From an uncultured Acidimicrobiaceae bacterium (GTDB taxonomy: Bacteria; Actinomycetota; Acidimicrobiia; Acidimicrobiales; SZUA-35): a stretch of 64,000 nt of DNA. Shown here one piece after another: positions 39,958-48,700 of the stretch. How positions within the stretch are numbered: the stretch's first letter is position 1; every line of letters starts with the position of its first letter. The DNA is taken from contig CAMYLA010000011.1 of the NCBI GenBank assembly GCA_947259095.1, forward strand, positions 516-64,515, written 5' to 3'. The notes under the pieces were generated by a model. It made no database searches, was not told the origin of the DNA, and saw nothing but the letters and a program-made list of their open reading frames with translations. The position numbers and the translations under genes were made by a program.

Positions 39958-40185
39958 TCATTGGTGATCTGTTGGGTTGTCGGCTGATTCGGTTCCACCG
40001 TCCAGCGTGATCAGGATGCCCGCACAGCGGGGATCGTTGCGGAGCCGGCGAAGCTTCCAGGCGTCTGGGGCGGTGATCACACCCAGGTGGTCGTCGACCT
40101 CGGCGATCCAGACCGGGGTGACCTTTTGCCCGCCGTTCCCGGTGTAGGTGGTCAAGGCCACATACTTCTCATCGCCGATGGACAT
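39958..40185 (-). pseudogene. truncated PPOX-class (F420/FMN split-barrel) gene fragment
   Basis: The 75-aa product MSIGDEKYVALTTYTGNGGQKVTPVWIAEVDDHLGVITAPDAWKLRRLRNDPR... matches the N-terminal half of PPOX-class enzymes (compare the intact paralogue at 45244..45684). It ends about 60 aa early, right next to the low-GC SDR gene. Confidence 0.5.
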
Positions 40186-40209
40186 GACGTCAGGCTCCTG
40201 TGCCGCCCG

Positions 40210-40656
40210 TCAGCCTTGGCCGGGGAGCTCGACCTCGACGGTTGCGCCACCCCAGCCGCTGACCTGGTCGCGGCCCTGCACGATCACCTTGACCACCGAC
40301 TCGGGGATCTCGATACCGGATTGGCTCCTGGTGAAGGGCTGCTCCGACTGATGGTCGTGGGTCAACTCTCGAATGCCGTAGACCTCGCCGTCGGGGCCGC
40401 TGACCCGCCAGGCATCGGCATAGCGGTCGGGGGTGTCATATGGCGAGCTGAGGGTCGCCGAGAAGGTCCAGGCACCGTCGGCGTCCCGCACCGCAACCGC
40501 CTCCACCACGTCGGGGTAGAGCTCCTCGGCCGGCTCGATGGCCTCGGCCGCAACGGCCGGGGCGCCGTCGGCGCGGTCGGACCCACAGGCCGTGATCAGC
40601 AGGGCAAGGATCATTGCGGCCACAGCCGGCCCGGGGCCCGGTGTGCTTCGGCTCAT
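40210..40656 (-). CDS. hypothetical lipoprotein
   Basis: Signal peptide with lipobox: AVAAMILALLITAC-GS. High GC3 throughout. The mature domain contains HDHQSEQPFTRS. The start is ATG 40656 or ATG 40680. Confidence 0.55.
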   Translation of the reverse strand: MSRSTPGPGPAVAAMILALLITACGSDRADGAPAVAAEAIEPAEELYPDVVEAVAVRDADGAWTFSATLSSPYDTPDRYADAWRVSGPDGEVYGIRELTHDHQSEQPFTRSQSGIEIPESVVKVIVQGRDQVSGWGGATVEVELPGQG

Positions 40657-40799
40657 CGGGCCGGGATGTGGATTGCCCATGGCCTCAGTGTGGCACGGTG
40701 CAACCCGGACCGAGGTTCGGGTCGAGGTCGGCGCCGACGCCACGACCGACCCCAACCGCGGTCCGCCTCTGCGAGTCGGGCCCGGGATCGGGCCGAGGC

Positions 40800-42149
40800 T
40801 CAGCGGCCGACCAGGCCCGCAACCGTTCTCGCCGCCGCCAGCAACCGGTGATCGGCCATCGGGCCGCCCATCAGCATCAGGCCGACCGGCGGCTCTCCGG
40901 GGGCCGAGGCCGGCACGCTGATCGCACAACCGTCGAGGAAGTTGCCGACCGAGGTGTTGCGGAGGCACAGCAGGTTCTGCTTCGAGTAGTGGTCGCGGTC
41001 ACCATCGTCGAAACCGCCCACGGTCGGAGGCAGGATCGCCACCGTCGGCAGGACGAAGGCGTCGAGGCCGACCGAGCGCTCGGCCGCGGCGGCGATCAGT
41101 CGGCGCCGGTGTTGCAGCACCTCGATGTAGTGGGCGGCCGACATGTCCCGACCGGGCTCGATCCTGGTCCGGACCCGCTGGTCGTACTCGTCTCCCCTCG
41201 ACGCCAACAGCTCCCGATGCCAGGCGTAGGCTTCGGCGGTGGCCAGACCACCCTGCCGGTTGATGTGGGGCAGGTCGTCGAGCTCGGGAAACGGGGCGTC
41301 GATCACGGTCGCCCCGGCGGCCGAAAGCGCCGACAGGGCTCGGTGGTAGCTATCGGCCACCGTGTCGTCCATGTCGTCGAGCACCAGGTCGCTCAGGGCG
41401 CCGAGCCGAAGTCGATCAACCGGGATCGCCCGCTCGTCGACCAGGCCGGAGCCACCGGCGAAGACGTCGTCGACGATGGCGCAGCAATCGACGGACCGCC
41501 CGAGCGGGCCAATCGAATCGAGCGAGAATGACAGGGGCACCACGCCGTCGAGCGGGATGCGTCTGGCGGTGGGCTTGAACCCGACGATCCCACAGAACGC
41601 AGCCGGGATACGACAGGACCCGCCGGTGTCGGTGCCGAGACCGACCGGGGCCATCCCGTCGGCTACCGCCACCGCGGTCCCCGACGACGAGCCACCGGGT
41701 ATGTGGCCGACCTCCCGGTTCCAGGGGCTCCGCGGGGTGTCGTGGTGGGCGTTCAAACCAAGCCCGGAGTAGGCGAACTCGGTCATGTTGGTTCGGCCCA
41801 TGATGATGAAGCCGGCCGCCCGCAGCCGAGCCACCACCGGTGCGTCGGCGACGGCCGGGGCTCGGTCGGCCAGGACGGTCGAGCCGGCGGTGGTGACCTC
41901 ACCGGCGACATCGGCCAGGTCCTTGATCGCAACCGGCAGGCCGGCGAACGGGGGCAGTACGGCCCCGCCGGCCCGGATGGTGTCGTAGCCGTCGGCGATG
42001 GCCCTGGCCCGGTCGGCCTCCACCCGGAGGAAGGCCCGGGACCCCTCGCCTGCCGGGTCCTCGATGGCGGCCAGGCATTGCTCGACAAGCTGCCGTGAGG
42101 TCAGCGAACCGTCGGCCAACCGGGCCGCCAGTGCTCGCAGCGGTTTCAT
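40800..42149 (-). CDS. amidase (amidase-signature family, GatA-like)
   Basis: The amidase signature reads GGSSSGTAVAVADG and is preceded by the KD...TTAGS region. The start is trimmed to ATG 42149 (MKPLRALAARL...). Confidence 0.85.
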   Translation of the reverse strand: MKPLRALAARLADGSLTSRQLVEQCLAAIEDPAGEGSRAFLRVEADRARAIADGYDTIRAGGAVLPPFAGLPVAIKDLADVAGEVTTAGSTVLADRAPAVADAPVVARLRAAGFIIMGRTNMTEFAYSGLGLNAHHDTPRSPWNREVGHIPGGSSSGTAVAVADGMAPVGLGTDTGGSCRIPAAFCGIVGFKPTARRIPLDGVVPLSFSLDSIGPLGRSVDCCAIVDDVFAGGSGLVDERAIPVDRLRLGALSDLVLDDMDDTVADSYHRALSALSAAGATVIDAPFPELDDLPHINRQGGLATAEAYAWHRELLASRGDEYDQRVRTRIEPGRDMSAAHYIEVLQHRRRLIAAAAERSVGLDAFVLPTVAILPPTVGGFDDGDRDHYSKQNLLCLRNTSVGNFLDGCAISVPASAPGEPPVGLMLMGGPMADHRLLAAARTVAGLVGR

Positions 42150-42177
42150 CGGTGCCGCCCCCGGCGGGCCGGCACCA

Positions 42178-42213
42178 TCAGGACCCGGTCCACCGTCAGG
42201 ACCCGATCCACCG
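42178..42213. repeat. 2 x 18-nt tandem duplication spanning a stop codon
   Basis: tcaggacccggtccaccg / tcaggacccgatccaccg. On the minus strand it reads R-W-I-G-S-stop then R-W-T-G-S-stop. The 3' end of the crotonase gene, including its TGA, is therefore duplicated. Confidence 0.9.
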
Positions 42214-42954
42214 TGGCGGCCGTTTCTCGGCGAACGCCTGCGGCCCCTCCTTGGCATCGTCGGATGCGAAGACCTCCCGTTGCAGTGGCTCCTGCAGTTT
42301 CCAGAAGTCTTCTTCGGTGCTTCCCTGGGCCGCTCGGATCAACCGCTTCGAGGCCGAGACGGCGAGGGGTGCATTGCGGGCCACCCGGTTGGCCAGCTCC
42401 ATCGCCACCTCGAGGGCCTGGCCCTTCTCGGCCACCCGGGTCACCAGGCCGTAGGCCGCAGCCTCTTCGGCGGTGATCGGGTCGGCGGTGAGCGCCATCT
42501 CCATCGCCTTGCCGTAGCCGACCCTCGTCGGCAGCCTGGCCAGGCCCCCGGCAGCGGCGAACAGTCCGACACCGGCCTCGGGGATCCCCAACTTCACGCC
42601 CTTGGCCGCCACCAACAGGTCGCAGCTCAACGCCAGCTCCAGTCCCCCGGCCAGGGCGAAGCCCTCGATGGCGGCGATCAGCGGTTTGTCGGCGCCGTGG
42701 CGGATGAACTTCATCATCGGCCCGATGTCCTCACCCCGGGCAAAGGCCTTGAGGTCCATCCCGGCGCTGAACCCGCGACCGGCCCCGGTCAGGACCCCGG
42801 CGGTCAAACCGGGGGTGCCGTCGAGCTCCTCAACCGCCGCCACCAACCCGGCCGACAGAGCACCGTTGATGGCGTTCATGGCATCCGGTCGGTTGAGGGT
42901 GATCAGCAGGACCCGATCCCGTTGCTCGGTCAGCACGGCCGGCTCTTCACTCAT
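42196..42954 (-). CDS. enoyl-CoA hydratase/isomerase (crotonase) family protein
   Basis: Motifs VLTGAGRGFSAGMDL, IEGFALAGGLELALSCD and C-terminal EGPQAFAEKRPP. Confidence 0.85.
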   Translation of the reverse strand: MSEEPAVLTEQRDRVLLITLNRPDAMNAINGALSAGLVAAVEELDGTPGLTAGVLTGAGRGFSAGMDLKAFARGEDIGPMMKFIRHGADKPLIAAIEGFALAGGLELALSCDLLVAAKGVKLGIPEAGVGLFAAAGGLARLPTRVGYGKAMEMALTADPITAEEAAAYGLVTRVAEKGQALEVAMELANRVARNAPLAVSASKRLIRAAQGSTEEDFWKLQEPLQREVFASDDAKEGPQAFAEKRPPRWIGS

Positions 42955-42993
42955 GATGCACGTTCCTCTCCCGGCCGCCGATGGGTCGGTTCG

Positions 42994-44202
42994 TCAGGCT
43001 GCGGCTCGCTCGAGGATGTGGACCCCACAGGCCGAGCCGAGGCCGATAACGTGGGCCAGGCCCACCTTGGCGTCGGCGATCTGGCGATCGCCGCACTCGT
43101 GGCGAAGGTGCTGGCACACCTCCCAGATGTTGGCGATACCGGTGGCCGAGATCGGATGACCCTTCGACTGGAGCCCGCCCGAGACGTTGACCGGCTTCTC
43201 GCCGTCGCGCCATGGCGCCCCGGAGTTGAAGAAGTCGACCGCCCCACCCTGCTCGCAGAGACCGAGGTTGTCGTAGTGGACCAGTTCGGCGGTGGCGAAG
43301 CAGTCGTGGAGCTCCACCAGGTCGAGATCGTCCGGGCCGACCCCGGCCTGCTCGTAGGCCTGGGTGGCGGCGTTGCGGGTCAGGGTGTTCACGTCCGGCA
43401 GGATCTGGCAGGACTCCTGCCAGGGGTCAGACGTCAGCACCGATGCCGAAACCTTGACCGCTCGTCGCTGCTGCTCCGTGGACAGGGTCTTCAAGGTCGC
43501 ACCGTTGGTGACCACCGCCGCCGCGGCCCCATCGCAGTTGGCAGAGCACATCGGCCGGGTGTTGGGGTAGGCGATCATGACGTCGTTCATGATCTGTTCC
43601 AACGGCATGGCCTTGCTGTAGGCCGCCAGCGGGTTCAGGGTGGAGTGGGAGTGGTTCTTTTCGCTGATCTTGGCGAACAACTCGAAACTGGTACCGCCGT
43701 ACTTGTGGCCGTACTCCATGCCGACCTGGGCGAACACACCGGGCATGGTGGCGGTGCCGATCCGCCCGTCGGTCGGGGCGACCGCTCCGAAGCGGCCGGA
43801 CGGCTCGTAGACCTTGCCGTCGGACCGAGCCTTGCCGCCGCCACCGAGCAGACCGGCCCCGGCCAGCTTCTCGACCCCGACGGCCAAGCCCATGTCGCAT
43901 TCGCCGGCCTTCACCGCCATGATCGCCGTCCGAAGGGCGGTGGCGCCGGTGGCGCAGGCATTGGAGACGTTGTACACCGGGACACCGGTCTGGCCGACCT
44001 GCTTCTGGAGCTGTTGGCCGACACCGCCACCGCCCATGAGATTCCCGGCGGCCACGATCCCCATGTCTGCCATGGTCGTGCCGGCATCGGCCAGCGCTCC
44101 CCTGATCGCTTCGGCACCGAGGTCGACCACGTCCTTGTCCGGGTGCTTGCCGAATTTGGTCATGTGGATGCCAAGGATCCAGATGTCTTCACTTGCACTC
44201 AT
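42994..44202 (-). CDS. thiolase-fold protein, SCP-x / lipid-transfer-protein type
   Basis: The nucleophile-region motif reads VYNVSNACATGATAL. Near the C-terminus GGLQSKGHPISATG is present. Pairing with a DUF35 gene is typical of this subgroup. Confidence 0.85.
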   Translation of the reverse strand: MSASEDIWILGIHMTKFGKHPDKDVVDLGAEAIRGALADAGTTMADMGIVAAGNLMGGGGVGQQLQKQVGQTGVPVYNVSNACATGATALRTAIMAVKAGECDMGLAVGVEKLAGAGLLGGGGKARSDGKVYEPSGRFGAVAPTDGRIGTATMPGVFAQVGMEYGHKYGGTSFELFAKISEKNHSHSTLNPLAAYSKAMPLEQIMNDVMIAYPNTRPMCSANCDGAAAAVVTNGATLKTLSTEQQRRAVKVSASVLTSDPWQESCQILPDVNTLTRNAATQAYEQAGVGPDDLDLVELHDCFATAELVHYDNLGLCEQGGAVDFFNSGAPWRDGEKPVNVSGGLQSKGHPISATGIANIWEVCQHLRHECGDRQIADAKVGLAHVIGLGSACGVHILERAAA

Positions 44203-44357
44203 GAGCGTTCTCCTTGTTGCGGGTTCCTCGGGTTGGTGTGCTGCCCGGCTCGGGTCTCGTGGTCGAACGGCACCGAATCGGGTTCTGTGTTTGGTGGGGT
44301 CCGACTCGGTGGCTCCGGTCGAATTCGGTCGCTTCCGGTGGCTTTGGATCGGCGGCG

Positions 44358-44786
44358 TCAGCCGGCGGCGGCGGCCCCCACCGGCTCGTAGCCGAAACCG
44401 ATCGCCTCGGTGCCGTTGTCATCCTGGCCGAGTGAGTAGGTGGCGAGCCGAACCGCCATGCCCAGTGTCACGTTGTCCGGGTCCGGTTCGACGTTGATCA
44501 CGTTGCCCCGAACGCTGGTGCCGCCACAGTCGATCACCCCGGCCACGAACGGCACCTCGACTCCGGGGCCGGCGTGGGCCACGATGGTGAACGATCGCAG
44601 CACGCCGTCGTTGTCGATCGGCACCGTCTTGAACTGGTCACCGAAGCAGGATGCGCAGGCGTTGCGGCGATCGAAGTATCGGGCACCACACTTCGTGCAC
44701 TCGACGGCAACCAGGTGCGGTTCGTCACCCAGCACCAGATAGTCGACGAGGGGAACCTGCCCGGTACGTTGTGCTTGTTCAGCCAA
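44358..44786 (-). CDS. DUF35 OB-fold/zinc-ribbon acyl-CoA-associated protein
   Basis: Zinc ribbon ECTKCGARYFDRRNACASCFG followed by an OB-fold-like C-terminus. I place the start at TTG 44786, which has GGAGAAG 5 nt upstream and gives 142 aa, the typical size. ATG 44891 is the upstream alternative, but its codons have lower GC3. Confidence 0.7.
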   Translation of the reverse strand: MAEQAQRTGQVPLVDYLVLGDEPHLVAVECTKCGARYFDRRNACASCFGDQFKTVPIDNDGVLRSFTIVAHAGPGVEVPFVAGVIDCGGTSVRGNVINVEPDPDNVTLGMAVRLATYSLGQDDNGTEAIGFGYEPVGAAAAG

Positions 44787-44900
44787 AGTGTCTTCTCCAG
44801 TGCCGATGGCGTCGCCGAAAACGAGGACTCGCTCGATTCTCGCGCACCACCCCTGAGCCAACAAATGGTCGCTGTCACAGCGCCTGTGCATGATCGAATC

Positions 44901-45167
44901 ATGGCAACGTCTCCCTCGCAGCCACCACAACCACCGCAGGCAGCCGGGGGGCCGGCCGGTGATGCGGCCGAGGTGGTCCACCTCAACGCCGCCGCCGATC
45001 TGTTCGCCGCCCTTTCGGTGTCGATCCGGGGCACGGCGACCGGCTGGTCGCCATCGGCCCTGGCCAAGCTGGAGGCGGGCCTGGTCGAACGGTATGGCGG
45101 CCGGCTCGGCTCCGAGCGGGCGGTCCGGAAACTGGTCGAGCTGGCGGCCGGCTCGGAGGCGGCCTGA
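44901..45167 (+). CDS. small hypothetical protein (88 aa)
   Basis: Embedded in the track ORF 44574..45167. From ATG 44901 (MATSPSQPPQPPQAAGGPAGDAAEVVHLNAAADLFAAL...) third-position GC is very high and the sequence is protein-like. I recognise no motif. The start could be further downstream. Confidence 0.45.
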   Translation: MATSPSQPPQPPQAAGGPAGDAAEVVHLNAAADLFAALSVSIRGTATGWSPSALAKLEAGLVERYGGRLGSERAVRKLVELAAGSEAA

Positions 45168-45243
45168 CCGTCCCCTGCGGTGAACCGCTGGTGGCCCCTT
45201 CATCCAGTGGCTAGTGTTGAAACCAACCGGGAGGATTTCGCCC

Positions 45244-45684
45244 ATGGCCGAGATACCCGCTTCAGCCCAAGCGCTGTTAGGCACCGATGCGGTGGCCCAC
45301 GTTTGGACCCGGAACCCCGATGGCAGCCCCCAGGTTTCCGTCGTGTGGGTGATCGTCAGAGATGACGAGATCCTGTTCGGGACCGATGGCGCCAGCGTGA
45401 AGGCCCGCAACCTGACCAACGATCCACAGGTGATCCTGTCCATCGAGGACACCGAACGAAATGAACGCGGCTTCCAGCGTCACCTGGTGGTTCGCGGAAC
45501 CGCCACCGTCGAGCGGCGAATTCCGGCCAAGCTGATCGACCAGCTCTGCCTGAAGTACGTCGGGCTGGCCAACCACCCGCTCCGCCTGAGGGAATCCCCC
45601 ACCGCCGTGACCGTCCGGGTGACCGTCGATCGGCTCAGCGGTGTCGGTCCGTGGGTGGCCGAACCGGTCGGTAGCGGGCGCTGA
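45244..45684 (+). CDS. PPOX-class F420/FMN-dependent split-barrel enzyme
   Basis: The pattern AVAHVWTRNPDGSPQVSVVWVIVRDDEILFGTDGASVKARNLTNDPQVILSI is typical of PPOX-class proteins. The start is set at ATG 45244. Confidence 0.75.
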   Translation: MAEIPASAQALLGTDAVAHVWTRNPDGSPQVSVVWVIVRDDEILFGTDGASVKARNLTNDPQVILSIEDTERNERGFQRHLVVRGTATVERRIPAKLIDQLCLKYVGLANHPLRLRESPTAVTVRVTVDRLSGVGPWVAEPVGSGR

Positions 45685-45717
45685 GGGGCCGATCTCGCCG
45701 CGGCGTCGCTCGCTCGC

Positions 45718-45739
45718 TGTCATAGCGTCCATCTAGGTT
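45718..45739 (+). promoter_or_regulatory. candidate RecA-independent DNA-damage promoter (RecA-NDp/PafBC-type) upstream of lhr
   Basis: TGTCATAG (45718-45725), N8 (cgtccatc), then TAGGTT (45734-45739). The actinobacterial consensus is tTGTCRgtg-N8-TAnnnT. The motif ends 45 nt upstream of the lhr ATG at 45785. Confidence 0.4.
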
Positions 45740-45784
45740 CTGAGGCACCACCCGCCACGACACGTCACACCGGGAGAGCCGAGG

Positions 45785-48700
45785 ATGGCCGTCACCGACG
45801 AACCTGTTCTGCGCAACCAGGGCCCGTACCAACCGGTCCTCGATGCGGAGATCCCCGGCAGCCAACTGTTCGGACCGGTCGCCCGGAGCGGGGTGGGGGC
45901 GCCTCCTGGCTCGTCACCGGTGGACACCGAGCTGGTGCCGGGGGTCGGCCTCCACCCGGCGGTGAGCCGCTGGTTCCGTCGCCGGTTCGAAGGGCCGACA
46001 CCACCCCAGCTCGAGGGCTGGCCCCACATCCAGGCCGGTCGACACACGCTGATCGCCGCCCCCACCGGCTCGGGAAAAACCCTGGCCGGCTTCCTGATGG
46101 CAATCAACCGGCTCTATATGGATGCCCTCGATGGGTGCGATTCGCCGGTCGCCATCACCACCGTGGTCTACGTGTCGCCGCTGAAGGCGCTGGCGGTGGA
46201 CATCGCCGAGAACCTCGAACGGCCGCTTCACGAGATCGCCGAGGTCGCCGAGGAGCTCGGGCTGCCCGTACCAGCGATCACGCTCGGGGTCCGCACCGGA
46301 GACACGTCGCCCAGTGAGCGCCAGGCGATGCTGCGCAAACCGAGAACCTTCGTGGTCACCACGCCGGAATCGTTGTACCTGATGGTCACCGCGGCCAAGA
46401 GCCGGGAAACCCTCCGGACCGTGCGCACCGTGATCGTCGACGAGATCCATGCCATGGCCCGCGACAAACGGGGCTCCCACCTGGCGGTCACCATGGAGCG
46501 GCTCCACCACATCTGTCACGATCCACCGGCCCGGATCGGGCTCTCCGCCACCCAGCGCCCGATAGAGACGGTGGCCAGGCTGCTGGTCGGCACGAGGACC
46601 ACCGACGGCTCGGCGGCCGGGCCCATCGATTGTGCCATCGTCGACGGGGGCCACCAGCGGGCGCTGGACGTCGGTCTCGAGCTCCCCGACAGCGAGCTCG
46701 AAGCGGTGGCATCGCACGCCCAGTCCGACCAGATGCTCGATCGCATCGCCGAGCTGGTGGCCGAGCACCGGACGACCCTCGTCTTCGTCAATACCCGGCG
46801 GCTGGCCGAGCGGCTCGCCCACCAACTCGGCGAGCGGCTGGGCGAAGACGTGGTGGCGGCCCACCACGGAAGCCTCAGCAAGGACCGACGGCACCGGGTC
46901 GAGCGCCGGCTCCGGGCCGGAGAGCTGCGGGCACTGGTCGCCACCGCATCGCTGGAACTCGGCATCGACGTCGGCCCGGTGGAGCTGGTCTGCCAGATCG
47001 GCTCCCCCCGGTCGATCGCCACCTTCCTGCAACGGGTGGGCCGATCGAATCACACCCGGCACGGCACGCCACGGGGCAGGCTCTACCCGCTGACCCGCGA
47101 CGAACTGGTCGAGTGTGCAGCGCTCCTGGGGGCGATCAGGGCCGGGCGGCTCGATTCGGTCGAACCGCCGAATGCCCCGCTCGACATCCTCGCCCAGCAG
47201 GTGGTGGCCGAAACCGGTGCCGAGGACTGGCGGGCCGACGATCTCTTCCGGTTGATCCGCACCGCCCACCCCTTCGCCACCCTCGATCGGGCGAGGTTCG
47301 ACGAGGTGGTCGAGTTGACCAGCGACGGCATCATGACCGGCCGGGGTCGGCGGGCGGCCTGGGTCCACCGAGACGACGGCAACGGCGAGCTGCGGGGCCG
47401 GCGAGGAGCCCGCTACGTTGCGCTGACCTCCGGTGGGGCCATTCCCGAAATCTACGACATGCGGGTCATCATGGAACCCGACGAGACCTTCATCGGCACC
47501 GTCAACGAGGACTGGGCCATGGAGTCGATGGCGGGCGACATCTTCCTGCTCGGCACCCATTCGTGGCGAATACGCCAGGTCACCGGCGGCGAGGTCCGGG
47601 TGGTCGACGCCGGTGACGCACCACCGACGGTGCCGTTCTGGACAGGCGAGGCCCCGGCCCGCACCGCCGAGCTGTCCGAAGAGGTGTCCAGGCTGCGAGC
47701 ATCGGTCGACCGGCACCTCGAGCGGGGCGACCCGGCCGGCGCCGCGGCCCGGCTGATCGAGGACACCGGCATCGACCACGACTCGGCATCGCTGATCGTC
47801 GCCTACCTGGCAACCGGTAGAGCCGCCCTCGGGCTGCTGCCGACCTCCTGCGAGCTGGTGATGGAACGGTTCTTCGACGATGCGGACGGCATGCAACTGG
47901 TGATCCACTCGCCTCTCGGCGGGCGGATCAACCGGGCCATGGGGTACGCCCTGCGCAAGAAGTTCTGCGTCGGTTTCAACTTCGAGTTGCAGGCTGCGGC
48001 CAGCGACGATGCGGTTGTCATCTCGCTGGGGCCTCACCATTCGTTCCCACTGACCGACGTCCAGCACTACCTCAAACCGGACACGATCGCCGACACGCTG
48101 ACCCAGGCCGTGCTGGACCAACCGGCGTTCCAGTCCCGGTGGCGATGGAACCTCAACCGTTCGTTGATCGTGTTGAGGATGCGGAACGGCAAACGTAACC
48201 CTCCCCCGATCCAGCGAATGGAGAGCGACGACCTGCTGGCGGCGCTGTTCCCCGACGCTGCGGCCTGTCAGGAGAACGTCACCGGCCCGGTGACCATTCC
48301 GGACCATCCGGTGGTGCGCCAGACCATCCACGACACCCTCACCGAAGGTATGGACGTCGACGGCCTCATCGAGCTGTGGCGGGCCTTGGGCTCGGGCCGG
48401 ACCAGGATGACCTGCGTCGACACCACCGAGCCGTCCGTTTTGGCCCATGAGATCCTCACCGCCCGCCCCTACGCCTTTCTCGACGACGGCGAGCTGCCGG
48501 AACGTCGGAGCCACGCCGCCCCCATCCGACGGGGGCTCCCGGTCGACCTCACCAACATCGGGGCCCTGTTGCCCGATGCCATCGCCGAGGTCCGGGCCGA
48601 GATGGCCCCGGCGCCACGAACCGCAGACGAGCTGCACGACCTGCTCCGGGATGTGGTCCTGCTGCGAGCCAGACCGGAGTGGCAGCCACTGTTCGACGAG

